The position numbers were made by a program, and so were the translations under genes. From Candidatus Hadarchaeota archaeon (lineage in GTDB: Archaea; Hadarchaeota; Hadarchaeia; Hadarchaeales; JAGGTB01), in NCBI GenBank assembly GCA_964399085.1, contig CAYNPN010000002.1:9237-73236 (forward strand): a stretch of 64,000 nt of DNA, in the 5' to 3' direction. How positions within the stretch are numbered: position 1 is the stretch's first letter; the number at the start of each line of letters is the position of its first letter. The notes beneath the pieces are model-generated. The model worked only from the letters and a program-made list of their open reading frames with translations. It ran no database searches and was not told the origin of the DNA. Shown piece by piece: positions 17,982 through 27,889 of this stretch.

Positions 17982-20159
17982 ATGGACATGTCTCAAGAGT
18001 TTTCAAAAGCGAATGAAAGAATTTTGAAGCTTGATTGTGAGAATTGTAGCGAAAATCCTTCGATAGCCCGTACTCCAGCCTGCATGAATGAGATATTTGA
18101 ACACTTAAAGGAACAGTCGGGAACGAACAAGATTCTATTAAATGGGAGATACGTTCAGGAATATAAGGATAGAGATTTAACCATTTTAAAGGAATTTGCT
18201 AGGGTCCTCCAGGACTCTAGGTATCAAGTCCTCAAATTTTTGACCGTCGAAGATTGTGGCGATTGTGAAGAGGAACGTAAAATTAGAATTGAGGACATAT
18301 GGCATAAGCTTCAGAAACACCCACTCGAGGGTGTAGCACTCCTCAAACAGTTAGTGGAGGAATTTGAGGATAAGTCGAAATATGGATCCACGGAATGTAA
18401 AGAATGTAGAAAGAATTTCCTGGAAGAGGGTGTGAGACCTGCTCTAGATATGATTTTAAACACTAGCCTCTGTAGTGAAGTCAACATAGATGGAAAGGGA
18501 AGGGAAAAATACGAGAGTCTTTTTAGGCCAGTTACCCGTCCCAGCTTCCTTCGATCCAAACTCAAACTTGACCCCCCTGAAGAAGCCGAGTTGACCGATG
18601 CGTACGATTTGAGTAAGAACAAAATAAGGATATATTATTCCCCTGAGAGATTGGAATATATCTATTTTATCATACCCCCGGAATATAGATTACCTCCGAA
18701 ACATGTTGAGATTTTACAGAAGGTCAGAGGCAAGCTTTTAGAAAAACAGGGCAGCTTGAATCCAGAAATTGCAAAGGAGGAAGTCGAGAGGCGAAGCCGG
18801 AAGTTGATAATGGACATCGCTCTGGAGAACGATATAGATTTATCTCGGGAAACTGTCAAGGAGCTCTCTAGGTCGATATCAAAGTTTACCGCAGGTTTCG
18901 GGATTGTCGAAACTCTGCTGGAGGATCCCAAGATACAGGACATCTATATTGATGCTCCGGTGGGAGAAAATCCTATATACGTTTATCATCAGGATTTCGA
19001 GGAATGCTTAACAAACATTTTCTTTACTTCCGAAAGCGCGAAAATTTTGACCTCAAAATTCAGGGCCCTGAGCGGAAGACCGTTCTCGGAGGCGAACCCT
19101 ACACTCGATTTGAATTTGGAAAATGTTAGAGTGGCCGCGATACAGAACCCACTCAGTCCGGAAGGCGTAGCCTTCGCCATCCGGAGGCATAAATCGACCC
19201 CCTGGACGCTTCCCCAATTTATCGATAGAGGATTCTTGACCCCGAAGGCTGCTGGACTCCTGAGCTTACTGGTGGATTCTCAAGCCTCGATACTGATTAC
19301 GGGAAGCCGCGGAGCCGGCAAGACATCCCTTCTCGGAGCCCTCATCCTCGAGCTTCTACCCAAGTATCGCATCCTCTGTTTGGAGGATACCGCCGAACTA
19401 CCTATAGAAGATTTTCGCTCACTCGGGTACAAGGCCCAGAGACTCCAAGTTCGGCCTTCAAATTCGGCCTCCGGATTGGAGATGACCACCGAAGAGGCCC
19501 TGCGTTCTGCATTAAGGCTCGGCGAATCAGTTCTTATCATGGGCGAGGTTCGAGGTCCAGAAACGGAATCTCTCTATGAAGCTATGAGGGTCGGGGCGGC
19601 CGGAAATTCAGTAATGGGAACTATCCACGGTTCTTCTACGAAGGATGTCTTTGAGAGGGTAGTATACGATCTGGGTATCCCTCCGAGCTCGTTCAAAGCC
19701 ACGGATGTTATCGCCGTTGCTTCGCCCATCAGGAAGACGGGGAGCGTAAACAGAATTCGGAGGCTTACTCAGGTGACCGAGGTGGGAGAATCTTGGAAAG
19801 AGGACCCACTCGCGGAAGATGGTTTCACGGACCTCTTGGCCTATGATTCCGATGAGGACGAATTGAGGACGACTCCTGCTCTGGAGAATGGGGAATCGAC
19901 CATCCTCGAGTCAATATCGCGAAAATGGTCCATGGATATTCAGGAAGTCCAAAAGAATTTCGAGGTTAGGTCCAGGATTCATGGAACCGTGGCGGAGAAA
20001 GCCTCTCAAGGGAGACCGGAATTGCTGGAGGCTGAAAAAGTCGTCGATTCAAACCTTGCGTTTCATAGATTTTTGGAGGAGGAACTTCGGACTCAAGAAG
20101 TCGATTATGATAAGGTATTTACTCGCTGGAAAGAGTGGTTTTCCAGGTCATGTTTATGA
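17982..20159 (+). CDS. type II/IV secretion-family ATPase (archaeal PilB/FlaI-like) with Cys-rich N-terminal extension
   Basis: Walker A GSRGAGKTS, ILCLEDTAEL, MGEVRGPE, GTIHGSS boxes. The N-terminal ~170 aa carry CENC..C, CGDC and CKEC pairs; 725 aa. Confidence 0.85.
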   Translation: MDMSQEFSKANERILKLDCENCSENPSIARTPACMNEIFEHLKEQSGTNKILLNGRYVQEYKDRDLTILKEFARVLQDSRYQVLKFLTVEDCGDCEEERKIRIEDIWHKLQKHPLEGVALLKQLVEEFEDKSKYGSTECKECRKNFLEEGVRPALDMILNTSLCSEVNIDGKGREKYESLFRPVTRPSFLRSKLKLDPPEEAELTDAYDLSKNKIRIYYSPERLEYIYFIIPPEYRLPPKHVEILQKVRGKLLEKQGSLNPEIAKEEVERRSRKLIMDIALENDIDLSRETVKELSRSISKFTAGFGIVETLLEDPKIQDIYIDAPVGENPIYVYHQDFEECLTNIFFTSESAKILTSKFRALSGRPFSEANPTLDLNLENVRVAAIQNPLSPEGVAFAIRRHKSTPWTLPQFIDRGFLTPKAAGLLSLLVDSQASILITGSRGAGKTSLLGALILELLPKYRILCLEDTAELPIEDFRSLGYKAQRLQVRPSNSASGLEMTTEEALRSALRLGESVLIMGEVRGPETESLYEAMRVGAAGNSVMGTIHGSSTKDVFERVVYDLGIPPSSFKATDVIAVASPIRKTGSVNRIRRLTQVTEVGESWKEDPLAEDGFTDLLAYDSDEDELRTTPALENGESTILESISRKWSMDIQEVQKNFEVRSRIHGTVAEKASQGRPELLEAEKVVDSNLAFHRFLEEELRTQEVDYDKVFTRWKEWFSRSCL

Positions 20160-21931
20160 GTTTTAAAGGAATATATGAGAAGCTTTGTGAATTAGCCGGG
20201 AAATCGGAGGGTTTAAAAGACATCCATGAACCCCCTGAGGAACTCAAAAGGAATTTGGAATTTTCAGGGATTGATGCCAAACCGGACGAGGTGGTGGCTC
20301 TCTCCCTTTCGGGATTAATTTTCGGCGCGCTGGCTGCTGCGGTTTTTTTATTCTTATCATTTCTTTTCGACTTTCCCTTACTCCCTTCACTTCTCGTCCT
20401 CCCCCTTCCGGCGATTCTGTTTTTTTCTATAGGATGGTATCCGAGTTGGAAAGTCGAGACAGAGAGGGCGGAAGGATGGGGGAATACACTCCGTTTCATC
20501 AGTTATCTTGTGGCCGCTCTCAAGATAAATCCGAATCTGGAGCAAGCTGCCAATTTTACAGTAGGGGCCCAGGGAAAGTCTCTAATCGAGAACTTTAGAG
20601 ATGAGCTGTGGAAAACCTGCATGGGTATACACAATAATGTGGGAGAGGCTTTGACGAAATTTTCCCTACGTTGGGAAGACAAAAGCGAGGAACTTAAGCG
20701 TTCAATCGATTTAATAAAAAGTTCTTTTTCCGAGAGAAAAGAGTCTACCCGGAAGAGAATGCTCGATAGATCGTTGGATACAACCTTTGAGGGGATAAGG
20801 CGCAGAATGGAGGAGTATTCCGATGAAATACAGTTACCTACCATTGTAATCTATGGGATAGGTGTTCTATTGCCCTTGATTTTGATAGCGGTATTGCCGG
20901 TGCTGTCTTCGTCCGGAATCAGAATGGGCGCGGTGAAACTCACCATTATATATTGTTTTGCGCTACCTCTGGGAGTATATCTTCTCAAGAAACAGGTTTT
21001 ATCGAAGAGGCCAACTGTTTTCGTCGCGCCGGATATACCGCCACGGGATGATAAAATGAAGGCAATGTTTATATCGGCAGCGTTTGCTACACTTCCAGGT
21101 CCTCTGGCTTTTCTACTAGGCCTCGGAGGTAGTTTGTTGGTTTTAGTTGTTCTTTGGAGTTTGTCTTCGTCCGCAGCCGTTTTCTGTTATCTCAGTTCTA
21201 AGGAGACATATCGAGTTCGGAAAAGGAATAGTAGGTTGGAGGAGGAATTCACTGACACCATGGCTCAGTTGGGAAACCAGTTGAAGAGTAATCGCCCTGC
21301 CGAGAATGCTTTTCGGAGGACCGCGGAGATTACAAGGGGCAGCGAGATGTCGGAAATTTTTGAGAGGACTTCGGCCAATCTCAGAGTGGGTGGCATGGAT
21401 ATTTCCTCGGCATTATTCGATCCCAAAGAGGGATCTCTGAAAGAGGTTCATTCAATTCAAATAAGGCATACCTTCAGGTTCTTGACCGACTTGTTAAGCA
21501 GAAGCGTTGAGGCGGCGGGAAGGGCTATCATCAATGTGGTCGATCAATTAAAGGAATTGAATGACGTTGAGAATCAGATTCGACGTGACCTTAGAGAGAT
21601 TACCAATTCAATGAAGTCAGTTAGCCTGTTTTTTGCCCCCTTCGTGGCCTCGGTAACTGTTCAGCTCCAGAGGGTATTATCGGAAAAGACCGGAAGCATG
21701 CCGTTTTTTGGAGGAGGAGTTAATATTTCTACTCCCTCCTTCATGGCAGTTCTCGGCTTTTACATAATCGTCCTTACCATTCTTTTACTTTCATATGCGG
21801 TGGAAATTGAGCATGGCGATGACGATTTGGTAAAGAGGATGGAAATAGCTCGAGGGTTACCAATGGCAATGTCGGTCTTTACTCTCGGTTTACTTCTGGG
21901 TCAGCAGATATTCTCCATTCTGGTTGGATAA
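20135..21931 (+). CDS. polytopic membrane platform protein (FlaJ/TadC/PilC-like)
   Basis: Two repeats of a cytoplasmic helical T2SF-like domain followed by TM helices (e.g. LEEEFTDTMAQLGNQLKSNRPAENAFRRTAE); overlaps the ATPase gene's 3' end. Confidence 0.7.
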   Translation: MVFQVMFMSFKGIYEKLCELAGKSEGLKDIHEPPEELKRNLEFSGIDAKPDEVVALSLSGLIFGALAAAVFLFLSFLFDFPLLPSLLVLPLPAILFFSIGWYPSWKVETERAEGWGNTLRFISYLVAALKINPNLEQAANFTVGAQGKSLIENFRDELWKTCMGIHNNVGEALTKFSLRWEDKSEELKRSIDLIKSSFSERKESTRKRMLDRSLDTTFEGIRRRMEEYSDEIQLPTIVIYGIGVLLPLILIAVLPVLSSSGIRMGAVKLTIIYCFALPLGVYLLKKQVLSKRPTVFVAPDIPPRDDKMKAMFISAAFATLPGPLAFLLGLGGSLLVLVVLWSLSSSAAVFCYLSSKETYRVRKRNSRLEEEFTDTMAQLGNQLKSNRPAENAFRRTAEITRGSEMSEIFERTSANLRVGGMDISSALFDPKEGSLKEVHSIQIRHTFRFLTDLLSRSVEAAGRAIINVVDQLKELNDVENQIRRDLREITNSMKSVSLFFAPFVASVTVQLQRVLSEKTGSMPFFGGGVNISTPSFMAVLGFYIIVLTILLLSYAVEIEHGDDDLVKRMEIARGLPMAMSVFTLGLLLGQQIFSILVG

Positions 21932-21987
21932 TTTACTTCGCCCAACGCAAAAGATTAATTATTTAGAAGGTCGAATTCCTTTTTTGA

Positions 21988-22063
21988 GCGACCGTAGTCC
22001 AGTGGCTTAAGACACCGGCTTGCCATGCCGGTAACGCGGGTTCGACTCCCGCCGGTCGCACCA
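21988..22063 (+). tRNA. tRNA-Gly (anticodon GCC), CCA encoded
   Basis: Acceptor GCGACCG/CGGUCGC, anticodon stem CCGGC/GCCGG with loop UUGCCAU (GCC at 22022-22024), T arm GCGGG-UUCGACU-CCCGC, then A-CCA. Confidence 0.93.
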
Positions 22064-22118
22064 TCTTTCCTATCTTAAAATTTATTGGGAGTCTATGAAG
22101 TTCGCATTTTCGCTTTCC

Positions 22119-22805
22119 CTATATATACCTGTCTAAGGTGGTGTTTCCCGGGGGCGCTGAGTTTGGGACCTTTTCCCTTCGGGGTTTAGAGGAGCTGGAA
22201 GATTTATTCCGTATTTCTATCTTTACATTTCCATTCCTGTTTTCCACCTGTAGAATAGTATTTGAAATGGACTCCAGACGAGGGAGTATTTCGCTTTCTT
22301 TCCCCGGCTTCTCCATTCCAGTGACCATGAGTAGGCCTTCTTTCCTCTCTCGAAATTTTTCTAATTCTCCCTCGATCGGCTCAAATATCTTTGTGGCTCC
22401 TCCTCTGAAATCATCCGTTTCGCTAAATTGAGAGGGAAGCCCTGTAATTATGATAAGATTTGGCTCGAACTCTTCCAGAGCCTTCCACATCCTTTCCAGA
22501 ATAAGGGATTTCATCTGATGACAGGTGAACGCGCGGGATATGTAAGTGTTTTTTAGGACCTCCTCAGGTCTAACTCCTAAAATTTTTGCAGTCCTCGATA
22601 TTTGATAGGGATTGAAATAGTTGCTCCCGTCGAGCCAAATCACCGATATATTTTCTTCCAGCTCGGAGTGCAGCTTGGAGGGCAGAATATGAGGTAAATC
22701 GAAAGCCGATATTTCACCTTTCTCCAAAACTATCTCTTCAATTTTTGTGTCTATTGGAAGATTATTTAGGAGGTCATAATCAGCTGATAAGTTGAATTTT
22801 TTCAA
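22119..22805 (-). CDS. RecA/RadB/KaiC-superfamily-like protein with degenerate P-loop
   Basis: VIWLDGSNYFNPYQISRTAKILGVRPEEVLKNTYISRAFTCHQ resembles the RadB/RadA core, but the Walker A position reads EKGEISAFDLPH. Confidence 0.45.
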   Translation of the reverse strand: MKKFNLSADYDLLNNLPIDTKIEEIVLEKGEISAFDLPHILPSKLHSELEENISVIWLDGSNYFNPYQISRTAKILGVRPEEVLKNTYISRAFTCHQMKSLILERMWKALEEFEPNLIIITGLPSQFSETDDFRGGATKIFEPIEGELEKFRERKEGLLMVTGMEKPGKESEILPRLESISNTILQVENRNGNVKIEIRNKSSSSSKPRREKVPNSAPPGNTTLDRYI

Positions 22806-22982
22806 GATACCTTCCTCTGGGGATTAAGTTGTGTGTGGATATCTTTGAAAGATTTACAGGGAGACCCCACTGAAACTTTTCTGACCCGTTGTCCCCGCCG
22901 TGTAGCACAGTATTCGGAATTTCTATTTCACGGAATAAAAATTATTGATAAAGAAAAATGAAACCCTTATTGGAGTAATTAA

Positions 22983-23519
22983 ATGGAGCGGCTGGAGAAG
23001 CATCTTGGAAAGTTAAAGGATATTGGAGAATTTCCATTCAAATGGCAGCTAGATAGAAATGCTTCCGATTTTTTGAGGGAGATAGGCGTAAGGAGTGGAC
23101 AAACTATTCTAGACTTCGGCTGTGGTTCTGGTACTTTTACAATCCCCGCCGCGAAACTGGTTGAAGAGGATGGAAAGATTTATGCCATGGATGTGGACGA
23201 GAGTGCTTTGCATGAACTGCGAAATAAGGTCAATCAGGAAGGATTAGGGAATATAGAGGTAATAGAGACATCTCGTGGTGGAAAAATCCCTCTAGGTGAT
23301 GGCGAGCTTGATTTAATTTTACTGGTAGACGTTCTTCACGATGTGGAGAATAGGAAGATTCTATTTGAGCAGGCTCATAAGAAACTAGGTCCGAATGGAG
23401 CAATCATTGTATATCCAATGCATATTGGAAAAGAGGAGGTCGGAAAGCTTGCCGAACTGGCCAGTTTTAAGTTGAAGCGTGATTACCAAGACCATATACT
23501 CATTTTTGAGAAAAAGTAA
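22983..23519 (+). CDS. class I SAM-dependent methyltransferase
   Basis: Motif I ILDFGCGSGTFTIPAA, YAMDVDE, LVDVLHDV. Confidence 0.8.
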   Translation: MERLEKHLGKLKDIGEFPFKWQLDRNASDFLREIGVRSGQTILDFGCGSGTFTIPAAKLVEEDGKIYAMDVDESALHELRNKVNQEGLGNIEVIETSRGGKIPLGDGELDLILLVDVLHDVENRKILFEQAHKKLGPNGAIIVYPMHIGKEEVGKLAELASFKLKRDYQDHILIFEKK

Positions 23520-23600
23520 GTTGAATAAATTAATATTTTACATCTTTTTTCAAGCCCGTAGGAGAAGGCTAACCGCGTTAAGCATGAATTTCCCTATATT

Positions 23601-24494
23601 TCAATAGAACTGGTCACTCGTTTGGCATACTTCCTCCGATTCTATCTGCACGGTAACGTGACGAATATCGAATTCCTCTCGCAGTCGTTTTTCTATTTTC
23701 TGAATAAGATCGTCCGTGTCGATTTCCTTAGAGGAAGGACATATGTGGCAGGAGAGAACTTTCTCTTCGGAAGATAGCGACCAGACGTGTAGATCGTGAA
23801 TTGAGGAGATATCCTCAAACCCCAAAATTAGGCTTCTTACTTCCTCATATTCTATGTCGGGAGGAGTCCCCTGCATCACGATGTGTAGCCCCTTTTGTAG
23901 CACATCGGAAGCACTCCAGAATATTAGGACAGCTATCAAAATAGAGATAGCAATATCGGCGAAATAAATATTGTATAGGAATATTAGAATACCTCCTACC
24001 ATAACGCCGACTGATGCCAGGGAGTCAAAGGCCAAATGGAGAAACACTGCCCTTATATTCAGAGACTTCCTTCTACCGCCTCTTAGAAGAAATATGGATG
24101 CCAAGTTGCCTGCTAATGCTATGCCTGCGACCCCGATCATCCAAATAGGATCCACGGGGCTTGGGTTCTGAAATCTCTTATAAGCCTCGAATATAATATA
24201 AACCCCGATTATGAATAGGATGGAGGCATTTACTAGAGAAGTTATAATCTCGGCGCGTCTATATCCGAAGGTGAGTTCCTTAGTTGATCCCCTCTCCGAT
24301 ATAGAAGCACCGGCATAGCCTAAACTTAGCGATAATACATCCGAAAAGTTATGCCCCGCGTCCGATATGAGCGCCAGACTACCGGTAAAGATTCCGGCTA
24401 TAGCCTCGGAAATCGTTATAGCTACATTTAGGACTACTGAAAATGCGAGCCTCCTCTTATTTTTGAAGTTATCTTCACCCATTTGAACACTCAT
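23601..24494 (-). CDS. cation diffusion facilitator (CzcD/ZitB-like) transporter
   Basis: Six TM helices, SLALISDAGHNFSDV and HLAFDSLASVG metal-site motifs, C-terminal HDLHVWSL domain. Confidence 0.88.
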   Translation of the reverse strand: MSVQMGEDNFKNKRRLAFSVVLNVAITISEAIAGIFTGSLALISDAGHNFSDVLSLSLGYAGASISERGSTKELTFGYRRAEIITSLVNASILFIIGVYIIFEAYKRFQNPSPVDPIWMIGVAGIALAGNLASIFLLRGGRRKSLNIRAVFLHLAFDSLASVGVMVGGILIFLYNIYFADIAISILIAVLIFWSASDVLQKGLHIVMQGTPPDIEYEEVRSLILGFEDISSIHDLHVWSLSSEEKVLSCHICPSSKEIDTDDLIQKIEKRLREEFDIRHVTVQIESEEVCQTSDQFY

Positions 24495-24939
24495 AATACT
24501 CTTTCTGGGAACTCATAATTCAATTTAAACTTTCTATTTATTTCGCCAAGATTTTTATCGGAAAATTTCACTGAAAAGTTTTTTAAATCCACTCAAATTA
24601 AAAGGGAAATCAAGGTGGTTTTTATTTTCCATCTGGAAGAAGAGCAAAAAGGCGTTGACATACTTAGCAGCGGTTCACCTAGAGGCAGTGCTGGTTACTT
24701 ACCTTTGGACGGGTAAGCTATTCGGTAGTTTAGGCGCAGTAATCACTATTTTAGCGATTTCGTTCCCGACTTACATTCTTGTAGAGAATTTTTTCGAGAA
24801 TAAAGATAGCGGTGAGACTTAGCTTTTGAACACAGGCAAAATGTCTCGTGCCTGTGTTTCTTAAATTTTTTACGAGCTTCTGTAATGGCGCAACTCAGAT
24901 TAAAAAGTTTAATTATTCCATTCGAAAGTTAAGGGGAAG

Positions 24940-25335
24940 GTGAGAAGACTGGAGAAGAATTTAGTTGCTATGGGATTTGTAGGTGGCATGTTGGGGATAA
25001 TTGGATTATTCTTGCCTTGGGTAACTGGCACTGTAATGGGATCAAAAATATCAATATCTGGATGGAAGCTAACTCGAATGCCGGTGGATTTCAGCATGTC
25101 TCCATATGTCATCCTGATCGGTAGTATTCTTCCCTTGGCGGGAGGGATAGGAACGATAGGTCTAGGCTCAAAGCGGCTGGGGTACTTACTTCCCGCAGGA
25201 GGCATCATAGTTATAATTGGGTGGATTTGGGCAGCTACTAATATGGGAGATCCTACCACTTTGAATTATGGTTTCTATACATGTATCGTTGGAGCTGTTT
25301 TGGCTCTCTTTGGTTCTTTAGGATTGAGAGAATAA
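24940..25335 (+). CDS. hypothetical multi-pass membrane protein
   Basis: 131 aa, four hydrophobic segments; GTG start, alternative ATG 30 nt downstream. Confidence 0.5.
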   Translation: MRRLEKNLVAMGFVGGMLGIIGLFLPWVTGTVMGSKISISGWKLTRMPVDFSMSPYVILIGSILPLAGGIGTIGLGSKRLGYLLPAGGIIVIIGWIWAATNMGDPTTLNYGFYTCIVGAVLALFGSLGLRE

Positions 25336-25471
25336 CGTATGTGAGTTATAGAATTTCGGATAGTTGTATCTCCTTATTATCGATTCAAAAAATATACAGT
25401 TAATGTAATTTTGTAATCTATTAAGTTAGGATTTTTAATTTGAAGCAGATGAATTGTTATAAGTGTCTTGA

Positions 25472-26015
25472 ATGAATCAGGTTGGAAATGTTGTTAAGGA
25501 TTTTCAGGCAGGCGATTTAGGGAAAGTTAGCCTACGGTACCCTTCTATGAAAGATGCGAGAGAGATGAAGGAATACTTGAATTCTATGGTCGAGGAGGGA
25601 GTGGAAATTGCCAGTCATGAGAAAGTTAGCAGGGAAGAGGAGATAGATTGGCTTTCGAATCATCTCAAAGAAATAATGAAGGGAAAACAGGTGGGTTTGG
25701 TGGTTGATATCGATGGAAACGTTATGGGGCATGTTTTGTTACTAAGAAAAAAGAAACCACGTGTCGGAAAACTCGCTCTAGGTCTTAGAAAAGAGGTAAG
25801 GGGGAAGGCATCGGTTCGAAACTGTTGGAATTATTTCTTCAAGAGGCCAAAGAGGAACTCGATGTGGAAATAGTGACCTTAGGGGTTTTCCATACGAACA
25901 AGTTGGCACTAAGCCTTTACGAAAAATTTGGTATCGAAGAATTGGAAGATTGAAAGATGGAGTAGAACATTCCGGGGAATACAAGGATCTGATAAGAATG
26001 AAAAAGGATTTGTGA
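25472..26015 (+). pseudogene. GNAT-family N-acetyltransferase disrupted by two frameshifts
   Basis: Frame 0 runs to 25873 and loses GNAT similarity after ...LGLRKEVRGK. Frame +2 continues GKGEGIGSKLLELFLQEAKEELDVEIVTLGVFHTNKLALSLYEKFGIEE (stop 25951). Frame +1 continues IGRLKDGVEHSGEYKDLIRMKKDL (stop 26013-26015). Confidence 0.75.
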
Positions 26016-26200
26016 ATATATAAAAACCTACAGAAAATATGCTGAAATTTTTTCTCAATATTTTCGTGCTGACTGTTACTTTTATGCGATTTTGAGACGT
26101 AGATGAAAAATTGAGATAAGAATTATTTTCGAATCCACGACGAGATGCAGTTTAGAATTTCATAAAAAATTGTTTTAGGCTGCTGTAACCATGTTTAAAT

Positions 26201-26968
26201 ATGCCGCGTCGGTTTGACAGTATAGATAAGCGAATTATATATCGCTTGACACAAGATGCCCGAGGCATTTCTGCCCCGGAGATTGCCGAGGAGGTTAATG
26301 TTTCTCCAGGCACAATCCGAAATCGTATTCAGAAACTGGAAAATGAAGGGATCATCCGTGGATATCATGCGGATATAGATTACGGGAAAATAGGAAAGAA
26401 ATTGGTAAACCTATTTAAGTGTACTTCTCCCGTCCAAGATAGACACACTATCTCGAAAAAAGCGTTGCAAATACCTGGAGTAGTTAATGTAAGGGAGATG
26501 ATGTCAGGGGAGGAGGATCTTCATATAAAGGCAATTGGGGAAGACATGGAGGATATTAACAGGATTGCTAGTGATTTGGCTAATCTTGGAGTTGAGGTTA
26601 AGGATGAGCATCTGATCCAGCGGGAGTATTTCCATCCTTATCATTTCTTCGGCCCGGAAGGAGGAGAAATAGAGCCTATTATCGACTTCAGAAGCATTTC
26701 CGGCGGTGCAGAGGCCGCGGACCTTACGGTTGCGGAGGGAGTTCCGGTGGCCGGAAAGACCGTTCAAGAGATCAATGATTTGGATCTTTTAGGAGAAGAT
26801 GTTCTGTTGATTTCCATCGAAAGAGGAAATGAGACTATAACTCCTCGTGGTAACTCCTCTATTAAGCCAGGAGATATAGTCACAATTTTTTCATCCTCAG
26901 GACTATCTAAAAAGACGTTAGAATCTTTTACGGAAGAAGATGTCGAAGTAGCGAAAAGAACCGAATAG
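26201..26968 (+). CDS. Lrp/AsnC-type HTH regulator fused to a TrkA-C (RCK_C) domain
   Basis: IDKRIIYRLTQDARGISAPEIAEEVNVSPGTIRNRIQKLENEGIIRGY. C-terminal VAGKTVQEINDLDLLGEDVLLISIERGNETITPRGNSSIKPGDIVTIFS. Confidence 0.8.
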   Translation: MPRRFDSIDKRIIYRLTQDARGISAPEIAEEVNVSPGTIRNRIQKLENEGIIRGYHADIDYGKIGKKLVNLFKCTSPVQDRHTISKKALQIPGVVNVREMMSGEEDLHIKAIGEDMEDINRIASDLANLGVEVKDEHLIQREYFHPYHFFGPEGGEIEPIIDFRSISGGAEAADLTVAEGVPVAGKTVQEINDLDLLGEDVLLISIERGNETITPRGNSSIKPGDIVTIFSSSGLSKKTLESFTEEDVEVAKRTE

Positions 26969-26969
26969 A

Positions 26970-27887
26970 TTAACCCTTAATCTTAAAGAGCTCGTCGGCC
27001 AGTCTCTTTATTTTTTCCTTATCTTCCAGCTTCTCAATCAATTTTTCTGGAATATTCTCTGACCCATGATAAGCTCCTGCACTTGCACCTGCCATAGCCC
27101 CAATCGTATCCGCATCTCCACCGAGGCTTATGGCGTATACTACGGCACTTTCAAAGCTCTCCGGATGGGAAAGGAAGGAATAAACTGCAGTAGGTACTGA
27201 ATTGAATGCCTCTACTCCGTTACCGAGTTTATTTATTACTTCTTTTTTGCCCGGATTATTATCCAGAAGATTTCTTATTCCATCCAATTTCTCCTTGTAT
27301 TCCTTCTCTTCGATGAATCCCCGGAGTTCGTCGAGGAATCCATATCGATCGAGGTCGGAAGACGGATCTCTTCTCGTAGCGAGAGCCACTGATGAGGCTT
27401 GGAATATTGCCCCCTCGATGCCGAGTCTATGGGCATGCGTGACACGACTACAATCTCGCACAAAGGATCGCAGATTTTCCAGATCGTCATAACAGAATAG
27501 CCCTGCGGGAGCGACTCTCATGGAAGATCCATTCCCGTAAGAGCCCGACCCGCCGAATAAACTTTGAGCTGGTTCTTCCCAATGCTCACCTCTCCCCAAT
27601 GATTTTATGACCTGTGTGGATCCTGGACCATACCCCCGGGCCGGGTTGAAGTTTTCCACCAATCTTTGTCCAAAATACTCTCCATCGAATCCTTTCTTTT
27701 CGGCCAGGGCTTCTGCTAAGCTAATCATCTGCTGCGTGTCGTCGGTATAGCGGAGAAGATCGTGTTTATCGGCTATTTTCCGAATTTTCTCTACATTGAC
27801 CATTCCATGACTTTCGCGCGATCTCCCCATAGAATCGCCAATTCCGGTACCTAATAGTGCTCCCCTAAATTTCGATTTCAGATTCAT
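26970..27887 (-). CDS. ADP-ribosylglycohydrolase (ARH/DraG family)
   Basis: GALLGTGIGDSMG, YTDDTQ, GNGSSMRVAP, SLGGDADTIGAMAGA motifs. Confidence 0.85.
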   Translation of the reverse strand: MNLKSKFRGALLGTGIGDSMGRSRESHGMVNVEKIRKIADKHDLLRYTDDTQQMISLAEALAEKKGFDGEYFGQRLVENFNPARGYGPGSTQVIKSLGRGEHWEEPAQSLFGGSGSYGNGSSMRVAPAGLFCYDDLENLRSFVRDCSRVTHAHRLGIEGAIFQASSVALATRRDPSSDLDRYGFLDELRGFIEEKEYKEKLDGIRNLLDNNPGKKEVINKLGNGVEAFNSVPTAVYSFLSHPESFESAVVYAISLGGDADTIGAMAGASAGAYHGSENIPEKLIEKLEDKEKIKRLADELFKIKG

Positions 27888-27889
27888 GT

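Noticed and set aside
24654-24821. 55-codon ORF encoding a 2-TM peptide (MTYLAAVHLEAVLVTYLW…)
   Set aside because: It has no ATG (only a TTG start), no clear ribosome-binding site and no recognisable family. The evidence is insufficient to call it.
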